In this document: positions 12,345 through 25,642 of the stretch, piece after piece
How positions within the stretch are numbered: position 1 is the stretch's first letter
Layout of the letters: each line of letters begins with the position of its first letter
Assembly (NCBI RefSeq): GCF_006345805.1
Contig: NC_043010.1
Span: forward strand, 48,608,001 to 48,672,000
DNA length: 64,000 nucleotides
From: Octopus sinensis
Lineage: Eukaryota
Direction: 5' to 3'
Notes under the pieces: model-generated
The model's database searches: none
What the model saw: only the letters and a program-made list of their open reading frames with translations
Told to the model about the DNA's origin: nothing
Program-made: the position numbers and the translations under genes

Positions 12345-12535
12345 ATTTCAAATTTTGGCACAAGGCCAGAAATCTCAGGTGTGGGTATAAATCGATCACA
12401 TCGATCTCAGTGCTCAGCTGGTATTTATTTTATCGACTCCAAATGTATGAAAAGCAAAGTCGACTTCGGAAGAATTTGGACTCAGAACGTAAAGACGCAC
12501 GGCTTGCCATCGATTCTGTCAGCTCGCTGCCTTCT
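12345..12535 (-). mobile_element. SINE family A
   Basis: ttcaaattttggcacaaggcc...aaagtcgacttcggaagaatttggactcagaacg. Confidence 0.8.
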
Positions 12536-13639
12536 TAAATCTAAATATTATACCTAATATAACATAATACACTAATGAGAGAACCACATTGCAGTCACTG
12601 TAACTGCCAGAAATAGGTCCCAAACCTACTTCAGTCACACCCTCCCATCATATATAAGGACAGGTCATATTGGATAACGTTGTCTTTAATAGCTTTAAAG
12701 GTATGGGGGTGATTATAGTTAGAATGCTTTTGATCAAGAAAATAGTTAATTTAATGCATATACTTCATGTCCAACAAACGACTCTTGGTTGAATTTTCTC
12801 GCTCCCAATTAGGGACTTTTCTTTGTAGAGAGGCTTCTGCCTAGATTCAAAACTATCTCACTCATATTTGTTGTTTAGAACCATCGCCTTGTTATGTTTC
12901 CATAGAAAGCAGGAGGACTAGCTACGAGAACTTAACTATATTACCATGAAAGGCATCAATGCCTGCCAATCAATATCAGTTGACATGCAACAGGCAAGAC
13001 GGTAAACTTTAAAAAGAAAGTTGTGAGAAATTCCAGCCAAATTATATTCCCGAACGTTCTAAAAGCTTTGCTCAAGGATATAAAAAGCTAAGAGTATTAT
13101 ATTCCAAGATAGAGTCCCTCCAGATGCTGCACGCTACTCTGTCGCTCAATTCCGTGAAAGGCGTTCTCAGTTTTTTCTTCTTTTGCGTAACATCTTTTGC
13201 ATATCATGGTCGGCAAAAGATAATCAACTTTGGGTTGTAATGCCGACATACCGTAACTGATGGCATACAAAACACACTATTCCCCCAGTCTTCAAATATT
13301 TAAAAATGCCAATCCGCATCTTATGTGCAAAATATATTTAATGCACCAAATGTATTTTTCTCGAATACGCGCTACTGAAAACGGAGTACATCTAATATAC
13401 CCATGCATTTTTTATACCATCAAATACGGCATTTATCTATATACATACAAATATTTCCCCATATAATTGTCCTCTGCTGTTTATAATCATTATGAACAAT
13501 TATCACATAACAGTATGAAGTAAAGCATTATTTCTGTCTTATGCATTTTAAACTTTTAAATATCACATACACGATAACACGTTTTTCAATACAATTAATT
13601 CAGTGTATATATATTAATACAACTGTTTAAAATAATAAC

Positions 13640-13920
13640 TGACACTCCGTCGGTTACGACGACGAGGGTTCCGATTGATCCGGTTAACGGAACAGCCTAC
13701 TCGTGAAATTAACGTGCAAATGGCTGAGTACTCCAGAAACAAGTGTACCTTTAATGTAGTTCTCAGGGAAATTCAGTGATACAGAATGTGATAAAACTGG
13801 TCGTTTGAAATACATGCACTACTCACATTTGCCAACTGTGTGGACTGAAGCAAAATGAAATAAAGTGTCTTGCTTAAGGACACAACGCGTCACTGGGTTT
13901 CGAACTCACAACTTGCGCAT
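13640..13920 (-). mobile_element. tRNA-head SINE, family E
   Basis: Minus strand has box-B-like gttcgaaaccc followed by ttgtgtccttaagcaagacactttatttca, a typical SINE body motif. Single copy in the window. Confidence 0.6.
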
Positions 13921-13944
13921 TTAAAATAATAAATATATGGAAAT

Positions 13945-14165
13945 CCATCCATTCCTCTATCTTCTCTGTCCACTATTCCCGGGAGAGTCGTAGAGGTATC
14001 CCCCTCCCAATCCAGTCCTCCATACAGTACTACCAGAAGCAACTATCATTACACTTTCCGGTTGAATTCCCAAGCGTGACCAACTGAGACTAGGGAGATT
14101 ATTCAATCATCTCATTCTTGGTCTATGCCTAGGTCTCTTACCGGTTAGAATTGAAGAATCCGTCT
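13945..14165 (-). mobile_element. RTE-like LINE 3' end fragment
   Basis: Minus strand translates TGKRPRHRPRMR*LNNLPSLSWSRLGIQPES...VWR, like the GKRPRGRP..RW C-terminus of RTE/L2 ORF2; ends in an atggatgga tail. Confidence 0.65.
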
Positions 14166-15106
14166 TGCAATTCTTTTTTTGTGACATTCTAATCCCATGT
14201 CCCTAGTACCAGTGCCGTGACCTCTCAGTGTGGAGAGGTAACGTCTTTACCTGGAGAGACTCTCTGATCTTCGAGTTATGCACCCTGTCGAGTAACGTTA
14301 CTCCAGAGACCCTTCGGATGAAAGCCTATTTCAGCCGCTTGTATTTGTGCATTCGTTATCATAATCTTTCGGTTATTAACCAATACCCACGAAAACCAAA
14401 TTTAAGATATATGGAAATGCAATACATTGTTGGGTAATTCACGTTTTAGAACGCAGCATCTTACCTCTACCTAATTACCATGACCAACCACCCCTCCTTA
14501 CAGCTTGAAACATCCAGTTCTCTTGTATATCAACAGCAGGCGAACTCATCCAAAATATCCTGAATTATTTTAGGATTCAAAAGTTTCGTCTTCTAATGAT
14601 AAAAATCTAAGACAAAGAAGCACTTAAAAAAACACTTGAAACCAATATTTTCTGAAGATATTCATTATTTCAGTTGATACAGTTCCTTCGCCTCACACTT
14701 CTCATTTTCCATGGTTTTAATCATATCACGCACCGAAAGTATTTCATTCATTGGTCGTTTTTTTCCCCCCAACTCCCTTTTCCCCTTTTCTTTTTATCTT
14801 TCATTTGTGTTTTCCAATTTATTTTCTGCTGAAAGAAGCATTTCTGGAAGTTTTCTATAGTTAATAATTGTTATTATTGTATCAATGATTCAAAATTATT
14901 CCCTCAAAAGTGCTGGGCTCGTGCCTAATTTAGAAACTATCATCGTCATCATCATCATCATTATTATTTTATCATTATTTTATTTTTGTTGTTGTTGTTG
15001 CTTCTGATGTGTTTTTTTTGTTGTTGTTGCTTCTGATGTGTTTTTTGTTGCTTTTATAATTTCTAACACAAGCACAACAGCCGAAATTTGGAGGAAGGGG
15101 TTAGTC

Positions 15107-15204
15107 CAGTGGTTCCCAACCTGGGATCCGCGGACCCCTGGTGGTCAGTAAAAGTAGTACTGAGGGTCCGTGAACTAAATTTAAAATTTTATATATATAC
15201 ATAC

Positions 15205-15236
<32 letters not shown>

Positions 15237-15368
15237 ATATATATATATATATACGCACACACACACATAAGGATAAGCATATTAAAAGGGGTCCGTGGGA
15301 AAACTCATTTGAATAAAAGAGTAGGGAAACACTGTTGGGAACCACAGGGAAGAGACCGGGAACCGTTA
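15107..15368. mobile_element. hAT-type MITE inserted in a SINE A copy
   Basis: Left TIR CAGTGGTTCCCAAC; right-end matches gtagggaaacactg and gttgggaaccacag; 8-bp TSD GGTTAGTC at 15099-15106 and 15369-15376. Confidence 0.75.
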
Positions 15369-15470
15369 GGTTAGTCGATTAGATCAATACCATTACGTGA
15401 CCGATACTTCATTTTACCAAAACTAGTGATTTTGTCAATCCACAGCCCGGCATCATCATTATTAGCGTTA

Positions 15471-15908
15471 TGGAGTGAGAGAGTAGCGCACTCCCTCATA
15501 GTGACACTGGGGTAAAATAAACGAAGCTCAATATACCCATCATGACCACCCGTCTGATAAGAGTATACCAAGCACATGCATCACAACTATATGGCGATCT
15601 CATATCAAGATAAAAAGTGCATGACCTTGTAGGTGGGGCCCAGTTAGAATTTTCTTCAGGTCGAGCAGCCCATCCCACTCACAATGTCCCTGAATAAGGG
15701 TTGTTTAAGGATGTTGAACGAAACACTCCTATTTCCAGAAGTGAATTATCCAAACCCCAAAGAATTTCTTTCAATACATGGCTATGATGCTCCCTCACTA
15801 CTCCTGCCCGTGATCAGAAATGCACATATCGTCAGCCACTAAGAGACATGCTCAACTGATTAAGGTCAAGTAACTGACAAGCAAATTAGCAGTATTGAGC
15901 AGAATATT
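15471..15908 (-). mobile_element. ~450-bp non-coding interspersed repeat, family D
   Basis: Reverse-complement homolog of 45655-46140; flanked by (ATC)n/(ATT)n. Confidence 0.85.
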
Positions 15909-15971
15909 CATCATCATCATAATCATTATCATCATCATCACCACCATCATCATCATCATCATCATCATCAT

Positions 15972-16020
<49 letters not shown>

Positions 16021-16103
16021 TTTAAAAGGATTGATGTAACTCTTCACAAAGGTAAATTGTCAAGACGAAGAGTGCGAGTCGATTGTAATAGATATTTTAT
16101 TGG

Positions 16104-16146
16104 TTGAACGATATTTCGACAGTAAGTCTGTCTTTGTCAAGTTCAA
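16104..16146 (-). ncRNA. Degenerate minimal hammerhead-like motif at the PLE 3' end
   Basis: Minus strand: TTGAAC-TTGACAAA-GACAGacttaCTGTC-GAAATATC-GTTCAA; two core changes relative to CUGANGA. Confidence 0.45.
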
Positions 16147-17231
16147 AATAATAGGTGATAAATATTTCAAAATTATAGAAATTTAAATTCAATGTATGAA
16201 TGAGAGCAACCAGCATACACACGTTGATGGAATGACATCATCAGTCTTAAAGTTTCAACTTTATAACAAGCGAAAAGAAAAAAGACAGAAAATAAGAGGT
16301 AAGAAAAATGAAAGGGAAAAAGAATATTTAATCAAACAGTTTTCAATAAATTTGATGATATTCTCCTGTCATTTTATTCATTCCTCCAGGGCGTGATGTT
16401 AATAACCCACAAACATATTTCTCCTCATGCATTCTGAGAAGTGAAAGTAAAGCAGATTCAGAATATTTTCTCAGAATATGTACTCCAAAGCTTTCTGTCA
16501 AAATTGCAGCCGTTGGAAACGAAATCTTCGGCAAGTTCTGTCGAACTGCTGTTATTGTGCCTGGAGTCGAATCTGTGCCCATTAAACCTTTTGTTTAATT
16601 GTTCTGTTGTACAACCAACATAAATCAAGTTGTGTTTTGTGCATTCTGCAGCGTACCCCAAATGGGAATCTCAACATATCCCACCTTCTGTATAAATCAC
16701 AACATTTCTGTTATGATTCCTAATGGAATTCACTTAACTCATGTTGTTGCACAATGAACAGAGCTTACCTCTCTTACGGCTGTTTTTCAAGGTACAGCGT
16801 GCAGATACTCCAATGTTCGTTTCCTGGGAGTCGGAAATAGTGGTCAATAATTCTCTTATATTCTTATTCCGTCTAAAGGCTACAATAGGCGGCTGATGAA
16901 ATATCCGTTTGAAACGAGGATATCTTTTCGCCACATACTGATAACTTTCATGTAACAATTTTGAAATGCCAGTGAAATTTCGATGCCAGTTAATCACTAA
17001 AGGAATTCTGTCATCTACTGTACTGTGTCTGCTAGAATTATGCGTGAAGGTTTGACTATCTTTGCTAATCTTAGCTATTTCATTTGCAGTTTCCTTTAAT
17101 CGTGATTCACTGTAACTGCGTTTGACATAATGATGTACAAAAGCATTTGCATGTTTCCAGTAATCCCCTATGTCAGTACAAATCTGTTTTATCCTAAAAA
17201 ATTTGGATTTTGGATTTGACCGAATAATATA

Positions 17232-17455
17232 TATTTCTTTACTACCCACAAGGGGCTAAACACAGAGGGGACAAACAAGGACAGACAAAGGGATTTAGTC
17301 GATTACATAGACCCCAGTGCGTAACTGGTACTTAATTTATCGACCCCGAAAGGATGAAAGGCTAAGTCGACCTCGGCGGAATTTGAACTCGGAACGTAAC
17401 GGCAGACGAAATACGGCTTCGCATTTCGCCCGGCGTGCTAACGTTTCTGCCAGTT
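17232..17455 (-). mobile_element. SINE A inserted in the PLE, 11-bp TSD
   Basis: CGAATAATATA at 17221-17231 and 17456-17466; removing the SINE restores the PLE reading frame. Confidence 0.9.
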
Positions 17456-17667
17456 CGAATAATATAGTGTGGATGATCGGAGCGGTGACGGAAATAAATG
17501 TAGGATGACGTGGGCTTGCAAAATAACTCTGTCACTATTCTGCCAAATAACCCTTGTACACTGGTTATGACTTGCTGCTTGCGTTGTAAAAAAAACCTGT
17601 TTGAAATGGAGATGATGATGACGACGATGATGATGGTGAGGATGATGATGATGATGATGATGATGAT

Positions 17668-17880
17668 AGTTTCAAACTTTGGTACTGGGCGGGCCAGTTG
17701 TTTATGAGGGGAGAAGGAAGTCGATTACATCCTCTCCAATGATTGACCCTTATATTAACTGCCCTGAAAGAATGAAGAGAAAAGTCAACCACAACAGAAT
17801 TTGAACCCAAACCCTAAAGCCGGAAGAAATGCTACAAAGCATCTTGTCCGTCGGATTAAAATTCTGCCGACTCGCCGTCC
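17668..17880 (-). mobile_element. SINE family A, diverged, within (ATG)n/(AAT)n
   Basis: gtttcaaactttggtac...aaagtcaaccacaacagaatttgaac...ctgccgactcgccg. Confidence 0.75.
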
Positions 17881-17910
17881 TAATAATGATAATAATAATA
17901 ATAATAATAA

Positions 17911-17993
17911 CGTGAACTTCCAACCTGTTGTCTCTTGAGGTCTTCGGGTGAGACTTGGAGCCAACTTGTACAAATATAAAGCAAAAGTCAAAC

Positions 17994-17995
<2 letters not shown>
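17911..17995 (+). mobile_element. Extreme 3' end of an R4/Dong-type element inside (AAT)n
   Basis: tgaacttccaacctgttgtctcttgaggtc...gtgagacttggagcc matches the reverse complement of 60098-60213; (AAT)n on both sides. Confidence 0.6.
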
Positions 17996-18060
<65 letters not shown>

Positions 18061-18838
18061 TTCTGTTGGTCACCATGAACAACACCAAAGGACAAAATAC
18101 AACAGGTGCGTTTTATATCGATCAAAAGGAAATAATAATCTTTTCTTTATTAGCCCAAAGGGTCCGGAGAGACACACAAATAAAAAGCAATGAAGCTTTC
18201 ATTAATGATTACGGAGAATGGAAAGAAACAAAAAGGGAATCATGAATGACAAGTTTGCAAATCCAAAAAATGAAGAGAGCGATAAACGCTACACAATATA
18301 TGGAAGGACGTATTAAGATTTTAAAAGTACGTATATTTACGCTCCACAGCTCTGGCATTCTAATACTCTTCAGAAAGTCCCTGATACACCAGCTGCGCAG
18401 TTTTGTCTATAAATTTGCTTTCCTTGATTTTCTAAGAACGGTGTATGTAAGTACTTCGTCCCCTTGATATTCGTTATTTTTCTGCGGAGAAGAAATCGTT
18501 CCTCTTTACCCACTTTTCCTTGTTTTATTTTTTGAGTCATCTTTCTTCCAAATTTTTTTTTTGTTTTTTTTTCGTTGATTTTCAAGTTTTCACTGACAGG
18601 AAGTAGCTTTTTATCTGCAACTTTTATTTCTTCTTCACCATACGATAATACTGTTGTTCTGCTTGTTGCAGGAACGGGTTAAGACCTATAGATGCCCTAA
18701 GGATTTAACAGATTTTGGTACACCGATATATATGTAATTCAAAATATAAGTTATAATAAACCATAGAATAATTTTTTTATTTTTCAAAATGAAGCAAAAC
18801 TAACAGTAAGATGGAAAATAATGTATATCTGTATATAT

Positions 18839-19245
18839 GAGTGGCTGTGTGGTAAGTAGCTTGCTTACCAACCACATGGTTCCGGGTTCAGTCCCACTGC
18901 GTGGCACCTTGGGCAAGTGTCTTCTGCTATAGCCTCGGGCCGACCAATGCCTTGTGAGTGGATTTGGTAGACGGAAACTGAAAGAAACCTGTTGGATATA
19001 TGTATATATATATATATGTGTATGTGTGTGTATATTTGTGTGTCTGTGTTTGTCCCCCTAGCATTGCTTGACAACCGATGCTGGTGTGTTTATGTCCCCG
19101 TCACTTAGCGGTTCGGCAAAAAGAGACCGATAGAATAAGTACTGGGCTTACAAAGAATAAGTCCCGGGGTCGAGTTGCTCGATTAAAGGCGGTGCTCCAG
19201 CATGGCCGCAGTCAAATGACTGAAACAAGTAAAAGAGTAAAAGAG
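18839..19245 (+). mobile_element. Bipartite tRNA-head SINE, family B, full length
   Basis: gagtggctgtgtggtaag...gggttcagtcccactgcg head, internal TA/TG microsatellite, tail ...gctccagcatggccgcagtcaaatgactgaaacaagtaaaagag. Confidence 0.9.
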
Positions 19246-19268
19246 AATATATATATATATATATATAT

Positions 19269-19300
<32 letters not shown>

Positions 19301-19305
<5 letters not shown>

Positions 19306-19783
19306 TAATAAAACATATGCATATATATATACATATATGTACGTACTTACCTCTACATGTATATATACACGCATATATGAGTACAGGACACCAAAAAAAT
19401 GTCGAACACAATGAGAAACGAAAACATAGACACAAACCCAAGGAACTGGACATTTTTTTTAAACAACAAAAAAATAGAGTACGTTTCGAAACGTAGAGTA
19501 GATGAAACCATGGCGACTGAAGAAGGGGTTTTTTCCTTGTGTTATTTGTCCTGTACTCTGTTTTTTTGTTGTTTAAAAAAAATGTCCAGTTCCTTGGGTT
19601 TGTGTCTATGTTTTCGTTTCTCATTGTGTTCGACGTTTTTTTGGTGTCCTGTACTCATATATGCGTGTATATATACATGTAGAGGTAAGTACGTACATAT
19701 ATGTATATATATATGCATATGTTTTATTTATTAATATATTATATGACGGAACGCACGCATCCCTTTCTAAGTAAGATTGTTCT
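19301..19783 (+). mobile_element. Fold-back non-coding element with ~180-bp inverted arms in (TA)n
   Basis: 19301-19482 is the reverse complement of 19553-19735; the rightward copy has an extra ~48-nt terminus; palindrome TACGTTTCGAAACGTA at 19480-19495. Confidence 0.85.
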
Positions 19784-19878
19784 ATATATATATATATATA
19801 TATGAACATATACGTTCTTTACAAGTTTCAGCTTGCGAGCTGTCACCATGCTGGGACACCACCGCTATATATAATATA

Positions 19879-20378
19879 CTAGCAGTATCGCCCGGCGTTG
19901 CTCGGGTTTGTAAGGGAAATAACTATATAAGCATTTTTAGAGAGTTACTTCCCTTATAGATGCCAATTCGGGCTTTCTTAGCCATTTCTGTTTTGGTGTC
20001 TTCAAGCCATGAAGTCGTTGTTCTAAAAGAACGCTGGTCTCCTTGACAACGCTTTACGACGTTGATTTCCTTACACTCCCTTCCCCACAGCTTCACGAGG
20101 GAGGAAAGAAGGGGGAGAAGCAAACAGGTGCAGGTGTGACCATGGACGCCAACTCCGCCGCCATCGACACACGAAAAATTATGCATTAAAATGGAATAAA
20201 AAATTGTTAAATTATTTTTAAAATCGTAGACGCGCGCTAATACTCAGACGGGCTCGATATGAATCACGACTATAAGATACCCGAATTTGGTTAAACTGCA
20301 CCGCAAAATGTGGGACTAGTTAGGAATCTAAATCGAAGGGGACAGACATTCACACAACTACAGTTTTATATATATAGA
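19879..20378 (-). mobile_element. Non-autonomous Helitron (500 bp)
   Basis: Minus strand begins A|TCTATATATATAAAA, ends CCCGAGCAACGCCGGG hairpin ... CTAG|T; homologous to 47741-48037. Confidence 0.85.
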
Positions 20379-20869
20379 TATAATTAATATAAGCAGCAGT
20401 TTGCAATGTTTCACCAGAAAGGAGAATTATAATTGTTTCTGATTGTGAGTAAGGTGTTAGAAACATCTACATTGCTAGAAATAAGAGCCAAAATGCTCTA
20501 ATGCTGTAGTCAACGCACATTAATCTAACAATATACACTAACAGGGGCCTTAATCGTTCGAAAAATGCCGACGGGAATTCTTACACACACACACACACAC
20601 ACACACATGTATGTATATAGGCATATACATATGTACACACCAACACACACACACGATCATACACATATACATACTCACACACGCACACACACACACACAC
20701 ACATATTTATTTGTAGTAACGAACAATATAACATGCACTTAGTACTGGACATAGAAATTGGTTAATTTTATTCGGTTAGCTGAAACTAAGCCTTTAACAC
20801 TAAAAGCTTCACTCAACACGAGCATTAACACCTGCTTCTTTGGCCAACCATTTTATAATGCCCGTCTGT

Positions 20870-21350
<481 letters not shown>

Positions 21351-22119
21351 GACTGTATATGTGAATGAGTTTGTTTCTAACTACGTTAGTATGTGTACAT
21401 GAGCCTATATAGATGTTGTTTTGCTAGAAATAGAGAATACAATTATAAACATTCTGTACAAAAATAGGCATGATTTAAATGTTCGCTTAAATGGCAATGA
21501 TGGAGGTGGTGAAAATATGTGTTATCATACATTCTATCGTGAATATTTTTACTATTCAATTTATCGTCCTATTTCTACGTGAAGGGAATTTGAAGTCTCA
21601 TTAGATCAGTATCACAGCTATTATTATATTATTAAATAAAGAAATCATTATTGTCAATGTTATTTATTTTTAGTTGTTATTTTAAAGTATTTTACTTCTT
21701 TCATATTTTATGTTTCAGTTTGAAATACGCCTTTCTATTGCACATAAAGCAAGCAATATGGGTGAAAATTAAACACAAACATACACTTATACAACTTGTA
21801 TGCACACAACGCAGACGTATTCACATGCTCGTTCGTACACTGCGTGTAGTTTGAAAGAGATTTTTAAATTTGCGACCAGACTAACAACCACAGTGATGAC
21901 AAATAACTACAACAATAATCTCAACAACAAAAGCTACAACAATATGTGCCACTGTAAACGATAACAATAGGAAGAACAACAGAGGCAATAATAACACAGG
22001 TTCCAAAGCCATTTCGGACTACCGATTTTTCCTAACCAAAGGTGGGTACACTCTAAAATAAACAAATATTGAATTTACTTAAATAATAAAATGAAGTACA
22101 GGTACCGGTACATTCTCTT

Positions 22120-22347
22120 TTAGCTTTCTTTTATGCTTCAGACATTAGGCTGCGGCCATGCTGGGGCACCGCCTTGAAGAATTTGTAGTTGAATGAATCG
22201 CCGCAGTACTTTGTTTTCCAACCACATGGTTCCGGGTTCAGTCCCACTGTGTAGCACCTTGAACAATGGTCTTCTACTATAGCCTTTGACCGACCAAAGC
22301 CTTGTGAGTGGATTTGATACACGGAAACTAAAAGAAGCCTGTAATAT

Positions 22348-22419
<72 letters not shown>

Positions 22420-22685
22420 TGCGTGTATGTATGTACGTATGTATGTATTTATCTATTGGTGTGTGTCTATATGTATGAGTTTGTCTCGCATCACAAGTGG
22501 TGTTGGTATGTTTACATCCTCGCAACTAAGCGGTTCGGCGATGAGACCAATAACATAAGTACCAGACTTTAAAAGAAAAAAAAAATGGACTGGGGTCGGT
22601 TCATTTGACTATAAATTCTTCAGTGGGACTGAATCCTGTGGTTGGGAAGCAGATTTCTTAACACACAGCCACACCTGTGCCTATT
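22120..22685. mobile_element. SINE B cluster: minus tail (22120-22205), plus copy (22220-22620), minus head (22620-22685)
   Basis: Family B head and tail motifs in both orientations. Confidence 0.75.
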
Positions 22686-23339
22686 GTTATCTGCTATAAA
22701 TGATACAAGTTTATTCATATTTCACTGTGCAAGTGACAAGTCTGTGCAAAGGCTCTAGTGATCTAGCCTTGCGGCTGCGGGGATGTAATGTTTCTGCGCA
22801 TAAGTTACTGCGGATTATAAGAGACTCCGTCCCATTTCCGTGTCCGGAAAGTCGGTGCTGTACATGTATATTGATCGAAGACCACATATTTTGGGAAGAA
22901 TATAAGTTGATAAGATCAATTACGGGATTATTTTACAGACCTCAGATGGATATAAAAACAAGAAAGGTCTAATCGGGTTAGATCTGAATTGTGAACGACT
23001 TGAAGACAAAATGATTATAGTTTTAATTCTTGGCTAGAAAGAAGGATAGTATCCTTAATCATTTGTAAGGCTTTTGCTTTGAGTTTGGTAGAAAGAATCG
23101 GGGAATGGAAAAAATGGATGAAAGGAGAAAGGGCGGATATATTCTGAAACCGAAGGCTAGGTCAGTTTCGAGGATACCTTCCAATAGGGTGAACTCTACT
23201 AAAGGTAGCCCAGGTGTCAGATTGATGCGTTATACAAGGCGACTGCTTAAGTCTACCACTCACAGTAGTCCCCGGCGGGATTTTAAATCAGAGAGCAAAG
23301 AGTCTGAGTAAATACCGAAAGGCATTAGATTCGACAAAG

Positions 23340-23720
23340 CAATGATTACGCCAGTCCACCGTTCTAGACTAGTATTTTCTTTATCGACCGAGGAAGGAAT
23401 AAAAATAGAGTTAACTTTGGCATGATTTGAACTGAGAACGTCAGAAATCGGAAAAAATACTGCATGATATTTCATCTTATATTCTGACGACTCTAGTACT
23501 AAGCACCAATTTCTTTTGAGGAGGAGAGAGTCAATAGAAGCTTAAATCGACCCAAATATATTACTGGTACTCGGAAGAATGTAATAATATTGTTACGATA
23601 ATATAACAAAGCACCGATTTCTTTTGAGGAGTCAACAGACTAATCAACAGGTCTAATCGACTGACCCGCTCCCATAAAATTTCGGGCCTTGTGCCTAGAG
23701 TAGAAAAGAATATTTACATG
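23340..23720. mobile_element. Degenerate SINE A fragments
   Basis: ttatcgaccgaggaaggaataaaaatagagttaac (minus) and taatcgactg...aaaatttcgggccttgtgcctagagtagaaaagaatatt (plus tail). Confidence 0.6.
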
Positions 23721-24458
23721 ATTGATCAATTTGAATAATGGTTAAAATGTCATAGTAAATACGTACATGACCTCCGGCCGGGTTCGAACCACGATTTATT
23801 TCTAAATTAAGAGTAATAAAACTTTTATCTGCAAGGCCCACTGGCGAACGGGAAAAAACTATGGTACTCCCTCTACGGTACCACTTCAGCTTGCGGTTTA
23901 CCTGCCCACTTACACTTCAGCAAGTAGTCTAACCCTAACTCAAATCCTAATCTTAACCATCTAATCCTAAACCCTAACCCTTCCTAAAACAGATCTAGTA
24001 ATTTTACTGTGTAGACTAAGAATACTGTGGTAGACTACGCTAATGTAACACCACCTTTAGTATATTTCTATATATCTATTAGTAACAGTAGCGATATTGT
24101 TGGACTTAGTGACTCTGTCACCAATGGTAGACATATCGCTTCATTGATTTTTCGATGTTCCTATTGTTCTCTACCAATTATGGTCATTTCACTTCGTAGC
24201 TGTGTATATATTTTTTCGTTACCCGTATCCGTATTGGTTCAGTTATTCTCCCGACTTTGACGTTCCTCCTCTCAGGGCAACTTTTTGATGTTTCTTTATT
24301 CCTAGCCTTCAGGGACCGTCCAGTCTCTGTGTTGCGAAACCTTTGTAAACGCATGGGATGTTATAGAGACAGATCATATATTCAAGGTCTCTTTTGGGTA
24401 GTTTAAAGCTTTACATACATGCATCTCTCTCTCCCCCCTCTCTCTCTCTATCTGTTTG

Positions 24459-24512
<54 letters not shown>

Positions 24513-24721
24513 CATGGATATATATGTATGTATTCATGTATATATGTATGTTATATATATTATATGTACGTATATGTATGTATATGTGTATATATATATT
24601 ATATATAATATATATATACACATACATATATACATATATAAATATATATTTACAGACACACGCACACACACACACACACACACGCACACACACACCACAC
24701 ACACACACACACACAACACAC

Positions 24722-24793
<72 letters not shown>

Positions 24794-25337
24794 GCACTCA
24801 AAGAAACTCTTCGAGAATCTAACAGATAATATTCTAAAAGACGAAAAAGAAAAGAAAAAAAAGCAACTCATGTCGTACTATATAAGGAAACACTTTAAGC
24901 CTCATATACGCAATACCTTCTTTACAGTTTTGGTATGTAACGCTCCTAAGATCAGAGACGAAGCCTAAGGTAAAGTAATATCTGATTATTTATTTTTATA
25001 ATTAGTTCATACAATGTTTCTATGCAAACTATGGAAATATTCAATGTGTCTAAATATTCATTTTAATCTAAGGCAAACTCATGTGGACCTTCGTCATGAC
25101 ATCTATGCATCCATCTGTCGATGGCGCTAATAAATCTCAAAACCAATTGTAAAGTTATCACTCGTTTCTTGCTGAAACTTATTCGGAATTAATTTTTAAA
25201 TTATCAATTAATAATTAATTTCTAATTTTTAATATAGAGTCAAGGGAGGGACTTGATTGAATCGACCTCACTCCCTATCAGTACGTGATTTCTAACTTAT
25301 CCTGAGGACTTTGAAAGGACGAAAGATATAGTTGTCA

Positions 25338-25500
25338 GGGCATAGCCATAGTATAGCCAGAGTGTAGCCATAGTATAGTCAGAGTATAGCAAGTATGTAG
25401 ACGTAGTATAGTAAGAAGAGTATGACAATGGTATCCAGGGTGTAGTGAAAATATAACCATAGTGTCTCCATAATATAGCCAGGATATTGCAATAATCCAA
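25338..25500. repeat. Degenerate ~11-bp minisatellite (TATAGCCATAG/TATAGCCAGAG)
   Basis: catagccatagtatagccagagtgtagccatagtatagtcagagtatagc... Confidence 0.7.
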
Positions 25501-25642
25501 TCACTGAAACCAGTAAGAAAAAGATTATGAGCCCAAGCATACATAGTTGTAGGTATTTGATGGGGTAGATGTCTCATTGTATGAGTACGTGTCGCCTAGT
25601 ATAATAGACACGTGCATTTACGAGTGCATATCATTGCAAAAA

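Larger units (their letters stand above)
16040..17600 (-). mobile_element. Penelope-like element (RT thumb, Cys-rich linker, C-terminal GIY-YIG), 5'-truncated, interrupted by a SINE
   Basis: TELFCKPTSSYIYFRHRSDHPHYIIR|SNPKSKFFRIKQICTD (RT thumb across the SINE), IPLVINWH...PPIVAFRRNKNIRELL, and YAAECTKHNLIYVGCTTEQLNKRFNGHR (GIY-YIG). The Cys-rich linker is Neptune-like. Confidence 0.88.

Noticed and set aside
12860-13260. Possible exon or GIY-YIG remnant (YVGITTQ on the minus strand)
   Set aside because: Stops in all frames; the motif is too short to support.
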